Both the position numbers and the translations under genes were made by a program. From positions 1,942 to 65,941 of the forward strand of contig CALWTK010000030.1 of assembly GCA_944384465.1 (NCBI GenBank): DNA of 64,000 nt, read 5' to 3'. The stretch is from an uncultured Clostridia bacterium. Lineage in GTDB: Bacteria > Bacillota > Clostridia > Christensenellales > UBA1242. How positions within the stretch are numbered: position 1 is the first letter of the stretch; every line of letters begins with the position of its first letter. Below, one piece after another: positions 41,442-50,629 of this stretch. The notes beneath the pieces are model-generated. The model was not told where the DNA came from and ran no database searches. It was given only the letters and a program-made list of their open reading frames with translations.

Positions 41442-42863
41442 ATGATAGAATTAGGCGTGATAGATATAAGAGAAAAAATATTTTCGGGAGAACTCACTAG
41501 CGAGCAAATCACCAAAGCGTATGTCGATGAAATCAAAAAAAGCAATATTAACGCCGTCATCGAAATCTTTGACGACGCAATAGACACCGCAAAACAGATG
41601 GATGAAAGGATAAAGAATGGCTATAGAGGCAAATTAGCGGGCGTGCCCATCCTTGTCAAAGACAACATTTTGATAAAAGGTAAACATTGTAGCGCAGGAT
41701 CGCTGTTTTTGAAAGATTATATAGCTGAATACACTTCAACTGTCGCTCAAAAATTGATAGATGAAGGAGCTATACTTTTAGGACGGACAAATATGGACGA
41801 ATTCGCCATGGGCAGCGGTACAGAGACTAGTTTCTATGGCAAGACGTTAAATCCACACGACAACAGTCGTGTCCCAGGCGGGTCATCTGGAGGAAGTGCC
41901 GCTGCAGTAGCTGCAAATTTGTGCGCAGCAGCTCTCGGGACGGACACGGGTGGATCTATTAGACAGCCAAGTTCATATTGTGGAGTCGTAGGGATAAAGC
42001 CGGCATATGGTCGAGTTTCTCGTTATGGGGTTATCGCATTTGCTAGCTCACTTGACCAAGTGGGTCCTATTACTAAAAACGTTGAAGACAATGCCCTACT
42101 CCTAGAAATCTTGTCCGGACAAGATAAAAATGATGAGACTTCAGAAAATGAACCAAAAGTAGAATATTTGAAAGACTATAAAAATTCAATCTCAGGGCTA
42201 AAAGTAGGCGTCATAAATTCCGTTGAAGACATGCTAAAAGGCCTAGAGAGCGAGAAAAATTATAATTTAGCTAAACAATTTTTGATCGATAGTGGTGCAG
42301 AAATTGTGAATCTAGACATAAACAATATGGAGCTCGTGTTGCCAGTATATTACATCATTGCACCAGCGGAAGCTACTAGTAATCTCGCCCGTTTTGATGG
42401 TGTAAAATATTCTAGAAGAAGTGAAAAAGCAAAAAATATAGATGAAATATACAAATTTTCAAGGACCGAGGGCTTTGGCGATGAAGTCAAACGCCGTATC
42501 ATGCTCGGAAATTATGTTTTGTCAAGCGGTTATTTCGACGCATATTACAACAAAGCACGCTCATTGCAAGCTAAATTGCGGGATGAATTTTTATCAGCGT
42601 TCAAAAATTGTGATATTATACTGATGCCGACCACCAAAGGTGAAGCTTACAAACTGGGATCTAAAACTGACCCTGTAGACGCGTATAAAGAAGACATCTT
42701 CACCGTCAGCGCAAACATCACCGGACTACCTTCTATATCCATTCCGTTTGGATCGGGTAGCACAGGTTTGCCAATTGGTATGCAATTACTTGCCCCACAC
42801 TTTATGGAAAAGAGATTGTATCACCTCGCCAAATTCATTGAGAGCAATAAGGAGATAAAATAA
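41442..42863 (+). CDS. gatA: Asp/Glu-tRNA(Asn/Gln) amidotransferase subunit A
   Basis: Amidase signature GGSSGGSAAAVA...GTDTGGSIRQP. 473 aa. Confidence 0.95.
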   Translation: MIELGVIDIREKIFSGELTSEQITKAYVDEIKKSNINAVIEIFDDAIDTAKQMDERIKNGYRGKLAGVPILVKDNILIKGKHCSAGSLFLKDYIAEYTSTVAQKLIDEGAILLGRTNMDEFAMGSGTETSFYGKTLNPHDNSRVPGGSSGGSAAAVAANLCAAALGTDTGGSIRQPSSYCGVVGIKPAYGRVSRYGVIAFASSLDQVGPITKNVEDNALLLEILSGQDKNDETSENEPKVEYLKDYKNSISGLKVGVINSVEDMLKGLESEKNYNLAKQFLIDSGAEIVNLDINNMELVLPVYYIIAPAEATSNLARFDGVKYSRRSEKAKNIDEIYKFSRTEGFGDEVKRRIMLGNYVLSSGYFDAYYNKARSLQAKLRDEFLSAFKNCDIILMPTTKGEAYKLGSKTDPVDAYKEDIFTVSANITGLPSISIPFGSGSTGLPIGMQLLAPHFMEKRLYHLAKFIESNKEIK

Positions 42864-44290
42864 TGGAATATGACGTTGTTATCGGATTGGAAGTACATGC
42901 TGAATTAAAGACAAACACAAAATGTTTTTGCTCGTGCAAAAATGAAAGTGGCGTGGAACCGAACACAAATTGCTGCCCTGTCTGTATTGGACTACCTGGC
43001 GCCCTGCCTGTTTTGAACAAAAAAGCGGTTGAACAGACTATCAGAGCGGGACTAGCATTGGGTTTTGACATTAACCGTACAGCTGTATTTGAGAGAAAAA
43101 ATTACTTTTATCCAGATCTAGCAAAAGCATATCAGATCTCACAACTGGTGAAACCAATTTGCATAAAAGGTCATTTGCGAGTGGGAGAAAAGGACATTCC
43201 TATAGATCGTATCCATCTAGAAGAGGACGCTGGAAAATTGGTCCACAGCAATGACGGAAATACCTTAATAGACTACAACAGGGGCGGCGTTCCGTTGATA
43301 GAATTAGTGACGGATGCCCTGCAAGAACCGCATATCGAGACAGCTGACGAAGCGATAGAATTCCTTGAAAAATTGAGACAAATATACATCTACGCTGGTG
43401 TCGCTGATTGCCTGATTGAAAAGGGTCAGATGAGAGCGGACGTAAATGTCTCATTAAAGCCAAAAGGCAGTCCAATCTACGGCACAAAAGTTGAAATGAA
43501 AAACATCATGGGATTCAAATCAGTTTACCGTGCCATACAATACGAAATAGAACGCCAAAAGGACATATTGGATGACGGCGGGAAAGTTGAACAAGAGACA
43601 AGAAAATGGGATGATGACAAGGGCATCAATTTCACATTAAGGACCAAGGAAAACAGTCAAGATTATAGATATTTCCCTGACCCTGACCTACTCGCTGTCA
43701 ACATAAGTGAAGCTGAAATCGATAAAATAAAGTCAACTATGCCAAGACTTCCTGACGAATTGAAAAAGATATATACAGAAGAATATGGTTTGAGCGAATA
43801 TGACGCTGATGTTTTGCTTCAGTTCAAACATGTCAGTGATTATTATAACGAATGTGTAGAATTATATAGACAGCCAAAGACTGTATGCAACTGGATCACC
43901 ACCGAGATCATGGCTAGGATCAAAACTGAAACGGGTGCCGGCCCTATCCTCATCGATAAAACGGACTTAGTCTGGCTTATGAAAAATGTTGATGACAAAA
44001 AAATCAACAGATTGAGCGCAAAGGATGTCCTGTCAAAAATCTGGGGGACACAACTGCACGCAGAGCAAGAAGCAAAAAGATTAAATCTCATAATTGATAT
44101 TGACAATAACGCACTTGACAATATAATAAAAAATGTGGTAGATAATAATGCCACTGTCGTGCAACAATACTTGACTGAAAACGACCCTAAAATTCTAAAT
44201 TATTTAGTAGGTCAGGTAATGAAAGAGACAAAAGGCAAAGCTAACGCAGGTGACGTTATGGCAAAAATTAAAGAAATAGTAAATAAATAG
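42863..44290 (+). CDS. gatB: Asp/Glu-tRNA(Asn/Gln) amidotransferase subunit B
   Basis: VIGLEVHAELKTNTKCFC...GLPGALPVLN and DYRYFPDPDL. The start overlaps the gatA stop (TAATG). Confidence 0.95.
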   Translation: MEYDVVIGLEVHAELKTNTKCFCSCKNESGVEPNTNCCPVCIGLPGALPVLNKKAVEQTIRAGLALGFDINRTAVFERKNYFYPDLAKAYQISQLVKPICIKGHLRVGEKDIPIDRIHLEEDAGKLVHSNDGNTLIDYNRGGVPLIELVTDALQEPHIETADEAIEFLEKLRQIYIYAGVADCLIEKGQMRADVNVSLKPKGSPIYGTKVEMKNIMGFKSVYRAIQYEIERQKDILDDGGKVEQETRKWDDDKGINFTLRTKENSQDYRYFPDPDLLAVNISEAEIDKIKSTMPRLPDELKKIYTEEYGLSEYDADVLLQFKHVSDYYNECVELYRQPKTVCNWITTEIMARIKTETGAGPILIDKTDLVWLMKNVDDKKINRLSAKDVLSKIWGTQLHAEQEAKRLNLIIDIDNNALDNIIKNVVDNNATVVQQYLTENDPKILNYLVGQVMKETKGKANAGDVMAKIKEIVNK

Positions 44291-44299
44291 GAGAAAATT

Positions 44300-46030
44300 A
44301 TGTATAGAACAATGACTTGTGGCGAAGTAGACGAAAAAAATGTCGGGCAGACTATAGAACTCGCAGGTTGGGTAAACACCATGCGAGATCATGGCGGCAT
44401 CGTCTTTATCGACCTTAGAGACAAATATGGACTGGTGCAGCTCACCACTCACGATGACAGTCTTCTCACCTCTCTAACTAGAGAAAGCGTCATCAGCATA
44501 AAAGGTAAAGTCGTAATGCGTGATGAATACAACTTCAATCCAAAGATGAAATCAGGTAAAATTGAAGTGGAAATAGAACAATTGCACGTTCTTTCAAAAG
44601 CTCGCAACATACTTCCTTTTGAAGTGGAAGATAGTATGAAAGTGAATGAAGAGTTGCGCTTGAGACACAGATACCTCGATTTGAGAAACGAAAAGATGCA
44701 AGAAATAATCAAGATGCGTGCGGATCTTTCATATGAAGTGCGCAGTTGTATGCGTGAAATGGGTTTTGTTGAAGTGAACACTCCAATACTTACAGTCCCT
44801 AGCCCAGAAGGAGCAAGAGACTATCTCGTACCTAGCCGTGTGCACAAAGGTAAATTCTATGCCCTACCTCAAGCTCCACAACAATTCAAACAACTTTTGA
44901 TGTGTGGCGGATTAGACAAATACTTCCAAATCGCACCATGCTTTAGAGATGAGGACCCACGCGCAGACAGACTCGCCGGCGACTTTTATCAAATTGACTG
45001 TGAAATGAGCTTCGCCACTCAAGAAGATGTCCACAAAGTCGTGGAAAATTTGATTGATAGGATATTTTCAAAATTTAGCAAATTTCCATTCAACAAGGGG
45101 CCTTTCCAATGTATTCCTTTCAAAGATGCCATGATAAAATATGGAACAGACAAGCCTGATTTGAGAAATCCTATTGTCATGACTGATTTGCATGATGTAT
45201 TCAAAAATACTACTTTTGTTGGATTTAAAGATAAAACTATTGAAGGATTTTCAATCAACGCAGGCGCTCAACCTAGAAGTTTCTATGATAAACTTCAAGC
45301 ATATCTGATAGAACAAGGTGCAGAGGGGCTCGCTTGGGTCAGAGTGCAAGAAGACGGGACTCTAAAAGGCCCTATTGTTAAATTCATCACAGAAAACGAA
45401 TGCAAAGAGTTAATCGCTGCCACTAATGCAAAGATAGGTGATGACATATTTGTCATCGCAGATGCAAACAAAAAGAAATGCTATAAACTAGCTGGACTAC
45501 TGCGCACTCAAGTTGGTGAAAAACTTGACATCATAGATAAATCTAGAATTGAATTTTGTTGGATCGTAGACTTCCCTATGTTCGAACTTAGTGACGAAGG
45601 GAAAATTGAATTTTGTCACAACCCGTTCAATATGCCAAAAGGTGGCATGAAAGCATTGACTGAGATGAATCCATTAGACGTTGTAGCATATCAATATGAC
45701 TTGGTCGCAAATGGATACGAATGTGCTTCTGGCGCTGTCAGAAATACAGACACGGACACTATGGTCAAACTATTCGAAATCGTGGGATACGGCAAAGAAG
45801 AAGTTGAAAAACGCTTCGGCGCACTATATACAGCGTTCACTTATGGCGCTCCACCACATGCAGGAGTCGCTCCAGGTTTTGAAAGGTTGATGATGCTCAT
45901 GCTGGGGATTACAAACATTCGTGACGTCGTACCGTTCCCAATGAACAGCAAAGCGCAAGACTTGTTGATGTGCGGGCCTATTGAAGTGGGCGAAACTCAA
46001 TTGAGAGAATTGCATATTAAATTAAGATAA
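44300..46030 (+). CDS. aspS: Aspartyl-tRNA synthetase, bacterial type
   Basis: 576 aa. Class II motifs FRDEDPRADR and GVAPGFERLMM, with an OB-fold N-terminus. Confidence 0.95.
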   Translation: MYRTMTCGEVDEKNVGQTIELAGWVNTMRDHGGIVFIDLRDKYGLVQLTTHDDSLLTSLTRESVISIKGKVVMRDEYNFNPKMKSGKIEVEIEQLHVLSKARNILPFEVEDSMKVNEELRLRHRYLDLRNEKMQEIIKMRADLSYEVRSCMREMGFVEVNTPILTVPSPEGARDYLVPSRVHKGKFYALPQAPQQFKQLLMCGGLDKYFQIAPCFRDEDPRADRLAGDFYQIDCEMSFATQEDVHKVVENLIDRIFSKFSKFPFNKGPFQCIPFKDAMIKYGTDKPDLRNPIVMTDLHDVFKNTTFVGFKDKTIEGFSINAGAQPRSFYDKLQAYLIEQGAEGLAWVRVQEDGTLKGPIVKFITENECKELIAATNAKIGDDIFVIADANKKKCYKLAGLLRTQVGEKLDIIDKSRIEFCWIVDFPMFELSDEGKIEFCHNPFNMPKGGMKALTEMNPLDVVAYQYDLVANGYECASGAVRNTDTDTMVKLFEIVGYGKEEVEKRFGALYTAFTYGAPPHAGVAPGFERLMMLMLGITNIRDVVPFPMNSKAQDLLMCGPIEVGETQLRELHIKLR

Positions 46031-46043
46031 AAATATAAAATAA

Positions 46044-46078
46044 AATATAGGTAAAATAATCTTACCTATATTTTTTAT
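46044..46078. terminator. Bidirectional terminator between aspS and the convergent HA-domain gene
   Basis: AATATAGGTAA-AATAATC-TTACCTATATT, flanked by A/T runs. Confidence 0.65.
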
Positions 46079-46178
46079 TAAAATTTTTAAAATTTAATTA
46101 ATTTTTAATAAATTTTTATTTTTTTATTAATTTTTGCTAATTCTTTAAAAACAATAATATATTTTTTAATATTTTTAT

Positions 46179-47369
46179 CTATATATGGATTTCTTCTAAT
46201 TTTTCTTTTTGTTGATTAGACAGCTTTATCTTGCGTCCTTTTTGATATTTTAACCACAACTTTTCTTTGCTATCTAATTCAATATTTTGGGTCAATTTGT
46301 ATTTTACTCTATCAAACATATCATCCCAATTTTTATCTTTTATCGATTGAAATTTATCCATCAAAACTTTTCGATTGGCATCTGGAGTATTCCTATTCCT
46401 AAGCCACCATTTATACAGATATGGATCATTTCTATATAAATCAGTTAATGAAAAATTGTGCTCTTCATAATATGCTTTCACTCTGTTATAAGAGCGAAGC
46501 CACTTTCGGTCGCAAGCTCTTTGAACTAAACTATTAGTCACTCTTGGATAATTAGAAATCTTATCCAAAATATCTCTTTGATGGGCGGATAAATTCGTCC
46601 TTTTTTTACACCTATAGAACCATACTATGAGTTTATTTTTCTTTTTTGATATAGACTTAAGAGTCTCGCCTTGTGCTAATAAAGACAAAATTTCTTGTGC
46701 GTTTTCTTCGAAAAATTTTTCTTTTTCCGCGACTATACTTTGCTCATAAGATTTTATAAATGTTAATAAAACTTTTTTTAATTTAGCATCTTTTATATCA
46801 GAATGTTTAATCGTCTGTTTTTTCCCTTGCAGATAATAATACAGCTCTGGATTCTCAATAAGTAAATTCTCCAAACTGCCATGCTCTTCGAGATATTGAT
46901 CCAGCAACTGCAAATTTTGCCTCAGCCTATAATTATCGCCATTATATTGCAGTTTTGCCTTAGCATAACTCAGTTTTTGTTTTTTGTCGTCATCCAATTC
47001 GTCATATTTGATTAGGATATTTCTATACCAAGCGAATAGATTTCCATCCATTTTCCTCAACTGTGTTAAATTATAGCCCTTCTTGATAAATTTCAATATT
47101 TTAGCATAATTTTTTGCAAAAACATAATTTTTATAATTATTTTGCAATTTATTTATTTTATTTTTTTGATTTTCTGTTAAATTTTTATTTTTCTTTTGTC
47201 TCATCAGCCATTCGTATAATTCATTATTAAATTTTTCTAAACCATAAATAGAAAAATAATTGGAAAGATAATAATCATATATTTGATTATATTTCTCCTC
47301 CCATTCTCCGTTTGTTGAAATAATATTTTCAATTAAATTAGTCATATTTACCTTATATTTATTTTGCAT
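46179..47369 (-). CDS. Protein made only of helicase-associated (HA, PF03457-like) domain repeats
   Basis: 396 aa (388 if it starts at M9, 47345, which has an AAGG SD). It has five or six ~65-aa units with a W/Y...(Y)...L..W(L/Y/F)..(Q/R)(K/R)...L...Q...L pattern, for example EWEEKYNQIYDYY...LYEWLMRQKKNKNLTENQKNKINKL. No helicase core is present. Confidence 0.55.
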   Translation of the reverse strand: MQNKYKVNMTNLIENIISTNGEWEEKYNQIYDYYLSNYFSIYGLEKFNNELYEWLMRQKKNKNLTENQKNKINKLQNNYKNYVFAKNYAKILKFIKKGYNLTQLRKMDGNLFAWYRNILIKYDELDDDKKQKLSYAKAKLQYNGDNYRLRQNLQLLDQYLEEHGSLENLLIENPELYYYLQGKKQTIKHSDIKDAKLKKVLLTFIKSYEQSIVAEKEKFFEENAQEILSLLAQGETLKSISKKKNKLIVWFYRCKKRTNLSAHQRDILDKISNYPRVTNSLVQRACDRKWLRSYNRVKAYYEEHNFSLTDLYRNDPYLYKWWLRNRNTPDANRKVLMDKFQSIKDKNWDDMFDRVKYKLTQNIELDSKEKLWLKYQKGRKIKLSNQQKEKLEEIHI

Positions 47370-47389
47370 TCACACAAAATATTGACAAT

Positions 47390-47418
47390 AATCTACCATA
47401 AGTTTTCATCAATGTCAA
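47390..47418 (-). promoter_or_regulatory. Promoter of the HA-domain gene
   Basis: Minus strand reads TTGACA (47413-47418), a 17-nt spacer ending in TGG, then TAGATT (47390-47395). Confidence 0.45.
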
Positions 47419-47445
47419 TATAAAAAATAGGCAAGATGCCTATTT
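47419..47445 (-). terminator. Intrinsic terminator after the sufB/D-like gene
   Basis: Minus strand: AAATAGGCA-TCT-TGCCTATTT followed by TTTT. The hairpin overlaps the stop codon. Confidence 0.6.
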
Positions 47446-48357
47446 CAAAAACCCTTCTATAATTTTTCTTTCTGCTTCTTCCTTAGTTAAGCCCAAGGTC
47501 ATCAACTTGACAATCTGCTCGCCTGCGATTCTCCCTATCGCCGCCTCATGAGACAATGACGCTTGATTATTTACGGCACTTACTCTTGGTATTGAATCTA
47601 TCCTTGCGGCATCCAAAAGAATACCATCACATTCCACATGTCCAAAGCACAGATTCTTACCAACTATGTTCGATTTAAATATCTGTTCACTCTCTCCTCG
47701 TGCCACACTTCTAGACACGATGTCGCACTTACTGTTTTCCCCTTGAAGGATGACTTTAAAGTCAGTTTTGGCAACATTAAAGCCGGACGTCATAATTTTT
47801 TCATTGATATTCAAAACTGCATCTTTTTTTAATATCGCTTTAGTGATCCTATTCGAATAATCCACTCCACCAATCTGTGTAGTCGTCATAGTCATCTGAC
47901 TACCCTGCTCCATTTTAATTATTGTCGTTGGATTCATCACTTTACCCTTGCCCGTGCCTATAGCAAGATGATTTTCTATATAATTTACCACCGCATTTTT
48001 CCCTAAGTGAAAAGTATGAATTCCGTCATGTCCGCTTTTGTCTGTAGAGTGGACGCCACATCCCGCCACAATCGTCACCTGTGCCCCTTCTTCTATGTAA
48101 AAATCGTTATACGCCAAATCAAAAAGTCCATTTTCACTCACAATAACAGGAATATGGCACGCCTCACCTTTGCAACTAGAATGAATAACTATATCTATAC
48201 CTGATTTGTCTTCTTTCGGGAATATCTCTATATTCTTTGTTGATCGCATCACTTGACTTTTGCCATCTTTTCTAAAAGAGACAGCACCGCTTGGTATTTC
48301 ATGAAGGTTAGCAATTTTTTCCAAAAGTTGTCTAGATATATTATCTAATTTCATCAA
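47440..48357 (-). CDS. sufB: Short SufB/SufD-family (UPF0051) Fe-S assembly scaffold protein
   Basis: 305 aa. The C-terminal signature SHEAAIGRIAGEQIVKLMTLGLTKEEAERKIIEGFL matches the SufB/D C-terminus. It overlaps the sufC-like gene by 17 nt. Confidence 0.75.
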   Translation of the reverse strand: MMKLDNISRQLLEKIANLHEIPSGAVSFRKDGKSQVMRSTKNIEIFPKEDKSGIDIVIHSSCKGEACHIPVIVSENGLFDLAYNDFYIEEGAQVTIVAGCGVHSTDKSGHDGIHTFHLGKNAVVNYIENHLAIGTGKGKVMNPTTIIKMEQGSQMTMTTTQIGGVDYSNRITKAILKKDAVLNINEKIMTSGFNVAKTDFKVILQGENSKCDIVSRSVARGESEQIFKSNIVGKNLCFGHVECDGILLDAARIDSIPRVSAVNNQASLSHEAAIGRIAGEQIVKLMTLGLTKEEAERKIIEGFLK

Positions 48358-49057
48358 TCCCTCCGATATTTTTTCTACATTTCATTTTATTCAATTCATT
48401 TAAAACTTTTCCCGCCGTGTCATAAGTAACCAAACGACCATTCTCTAACACCATAATTTTGTCAGCACGTTTCAAAAGACGCTCTTGATGGCTGACGATG
48501 ATATACAGTTTGTCCTTATCAAATATTTCGCTCAATCTATCAAAACTCCATAGATCGATACCTGCCTCTGGCTCGTCAAAAATTATACACTTGCCTTTCT
48601 TTGCAAGTGCCAATGCTAGTTCAATACGTTTTTGCTCCCCACCTGAGAGTGTCTTGTCAAAATCTCTATTGATATAATCTTTTGCGCAAATGCCCACTCT
48701 TGATAGATAATCACAAGCATTAGATACAGAGTTTTCAGAATTAGATGCCATATCTATCAAATCTTTTACAGTTATACCCTTAAAAGTGATAGGTTGTTGA
48801 AAAGCATAATTGATACCCAATTTGGCACGCTCATCGATCGGCATATCTGTAATATCTATATTATTAAAATAAATTTTCCCTTGCGTGGGCTGAATTATCC
48901 CCATGATAATTTTCGTCAAAGTAGATTTCCCACTTCCGTTATGCCCAGTAATTGCCGTGATAGAATAGTCATCAAACACGCAAGATATATCATTTAAAAT
49001 GGTCTTAACATTATCTCGTTCAACCACACTGTAACTTATATTTTTTAATTCTAACAT
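48341..49057 (-). CDS. sufC: SufC-like ABC ATPase
   Basis: Walker A GHNGSGKST, signature LSGGEQKR, Walker B IIFDEPEAGID, H-loop VSHQ. It has no partner permease and is paired with the SufB/D-like gene. Confidence 0.8.
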   Translation of the reverse strand: MLELKNISYSVVERDNVKTILNDISCVFDDYSITAITGHNGSGKSTLTKIIMGIIQPTQGKIYFNNIDITDMPIDERAKLGINYAFQQPITFKGITVKDLIDMASNSENSVSNACDYLSRVGICAKDYINRDFDKTLSGGEQKRIELALALAKKGKCIIFDEPEAGIDLWSFDRLSEIFDKDKLYIIVSHQERLLKRADKIMVLENGRLVTYDTAGKVLNELNKMKCRKNIGGIDEIR

Positions 49058-49099
49058 ATTAGCCTCATGAGTATTTTAGCACACCACAGGCAAAAAAGC

Positions 49100-49127
49100 A
49101 ATAAAAATATAAAGCCACGCGGGCTTT
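49100..49127 (-). terminator. Intrinsic terminator closing the SipW operon
   Basis: Minus strand: AAAGCC-CGCGT-GGCTTT followed by ATATTTTTATT. It overlaps the stop of the 271-aa ORF. Confidence 0.55.
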
Positions 49128-49941
49128 ATACTCTTTCAAAATAAGTGTGCACTTCCATTTTAAAATTATCTACATTTAAAGTGTTTTCATATTCATAATC
49201 TAAAATGACACCTTCAAACAAATGTACAGTTGTATTCCCATCTACAGGAACTTTGCTATGATAATAATTATCATTGCCTAAATAAAAATCGTCCCTATTT
49301 GGTTCATATATCAATATGTTGTTTAATAATTCTTCCCCTTGATAAACGAGCACTGTAAAACGAACATTATACTGTCCCTCGCTTTCTAATCTTGCATACG
49401 TATCTATCTCCAAAACTCTATTACCTTGCAGATTTGATGGAGTCCTGAACCTAGACAATTCTTGTCCGTCAACTATATATGTCGCCTCACAATCTCCATG
49501 AGCATAAAGAAAGCAATTATTATTTAAGTATATAGTAGCAGCGTAAATTGAAATGCTAGCGATGGCTATTATCAATAAAACAACTAAAACTATTATTATC
49601 GCTCGATTACGCCTAGACCTAAATCTATATGCTTTTATATTCTGTTCATTTAATTCTTCTAGATCTTCCAAATCCATTATACTGGACTTTATACGAGTTT
49701 TTGATTCCTTGGAATCATTTTCAGAATTATTGTTATTTGTTTGAGATTGTGGCTGTGGCACACTAGTATCTCTTTTCTTTTCTACATTATTTGTTTTAGA
49801 TTTTGAATACTTTTTAATTTTTGATTTATGTTTTGAGTCTTCGGTAGCTTGGTTTGATTGCTTATAACGTTCTATTTTATAGTCCATATATGTATCAAAT
49901 GGCAAATCACTTTTTGTCATATCGTTAAAATCTTTTCTCAT
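49126..49941 (-). CDS. Type II single-pass membrane protein: disordered K/S/N-rich cytoplasmic tail plus ~140-aa extracellular beta domain
   Basis: 271 aa. The TM segment AIIIVLVVLLIIAIASISIYAATIY follows the basic stretch RFRSRRNR. It is the last gene of the SipW operon. Confidence 0.75.
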   Translation of the reverse strand: MRKDFNDMTKSDLPFDTYMDYKIERYKQSNQATEDSKHKSKIKKYSKSKTNNVEKKRDTSVPQPQSQTNNNNSENDSKESKTRIKSSIMDLEDLEELNEQNIKAYRFRSRRNRAIIIVLVVLLIIAIASISIYAATIYLNNNCFLYAHGDCEATYIVDGQELSRFRTPSNLQGNRVLEIDTYARLESEGQYNVRFTVLVYQGEELLNNILIYEPNRDDFYLGNDNYYHSKVPVDGNTTVHLFEGVILDYEYENTLNVDNFKMEVHTYFERV

Positions 49942-49957
49942 AAACTACCTCCTTTTA

Positions 49958-50629
49958 TTAGACTCCTGGATCTACATCAAACCCCTCAATAGTTATAATC
50001 ATTTTAAAATTATTTCCACTGATAGTAGGATATTCACCATCAAATTCAAAATTCGAATAACTAATTGTAAATGATGTCATCAAATTGACGTCTTCATTTA
50101 AGTCAAAAATTTGATTTTCACCACTAGCATTTTGATAGTAATAATATCCATTCGAATACACGAAACCATTGCTAGTCTCTGTAGGTGCTATAAACCCTGA
50201 AATATTGCTATCAAGTAAAATGTCGTCCGAATTATAATTGCTGACATAGAATTCTATCTTGTATCTCAAATATACTGATTGAGTACCTGCGTCATTATTG
50301 ACCAATTTTAATGTCAGTGAGTTTTGCACATCTGGAATTATTTCTTTCGTCCCAGCTCCATTGGTTATATCAACATAACTAGGAGTAGTCGAAGTCTCAT
50401 TTTCATTAAATGTTCTGATTAATATTTCATCTCCGCTATCCATCACTTGATATACCGACAAATTCATCTGCCCAATGTTGACAATACATTCGATTTGCAG
50501 TCCCTGTCCTGATGTAAACCACGCACTAGTGACTCCGACAAAAGCGAGTAAAAGACCTACCAGTATCACTAATACTGTCAAAACATTTAATGAAGATACG
50601 ACCTTAATTCTTTTCAATTTTAACTCCAA
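49958..50629 (-). CDS. TasA/camelysin-like secreted protein with SipW-type signal peptide (paralog 2)
   Basis: 223 aa. Its N-terminus is MELKLKRIKVVSSLNVLTVLVILVGLLLAFVGVTSA|WFTS. The core is beta-rich (YLRYKIEFYVS). Confidence 0.7.
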   Translation of the reverse strand: MELKLKRIKVVSSLNVLTVLVILVGLLLAFVGVTSAWFTSGQGLQIECIVNIGQMNLSVYQVMDSGDEILIRTFNENETSTTPSYVDITNGAGTKEIIPDVQNSLTLKLVNNDAGTQSVYLRYKIEFYVSNYNSDDILLDSNISGFIAPTETSNGFVYSNGYYYYQNASGENQIFDLNEDVNLMTSFTISYSNFEFDGEYPTISGNNFKMIITIEGFDVDPGV

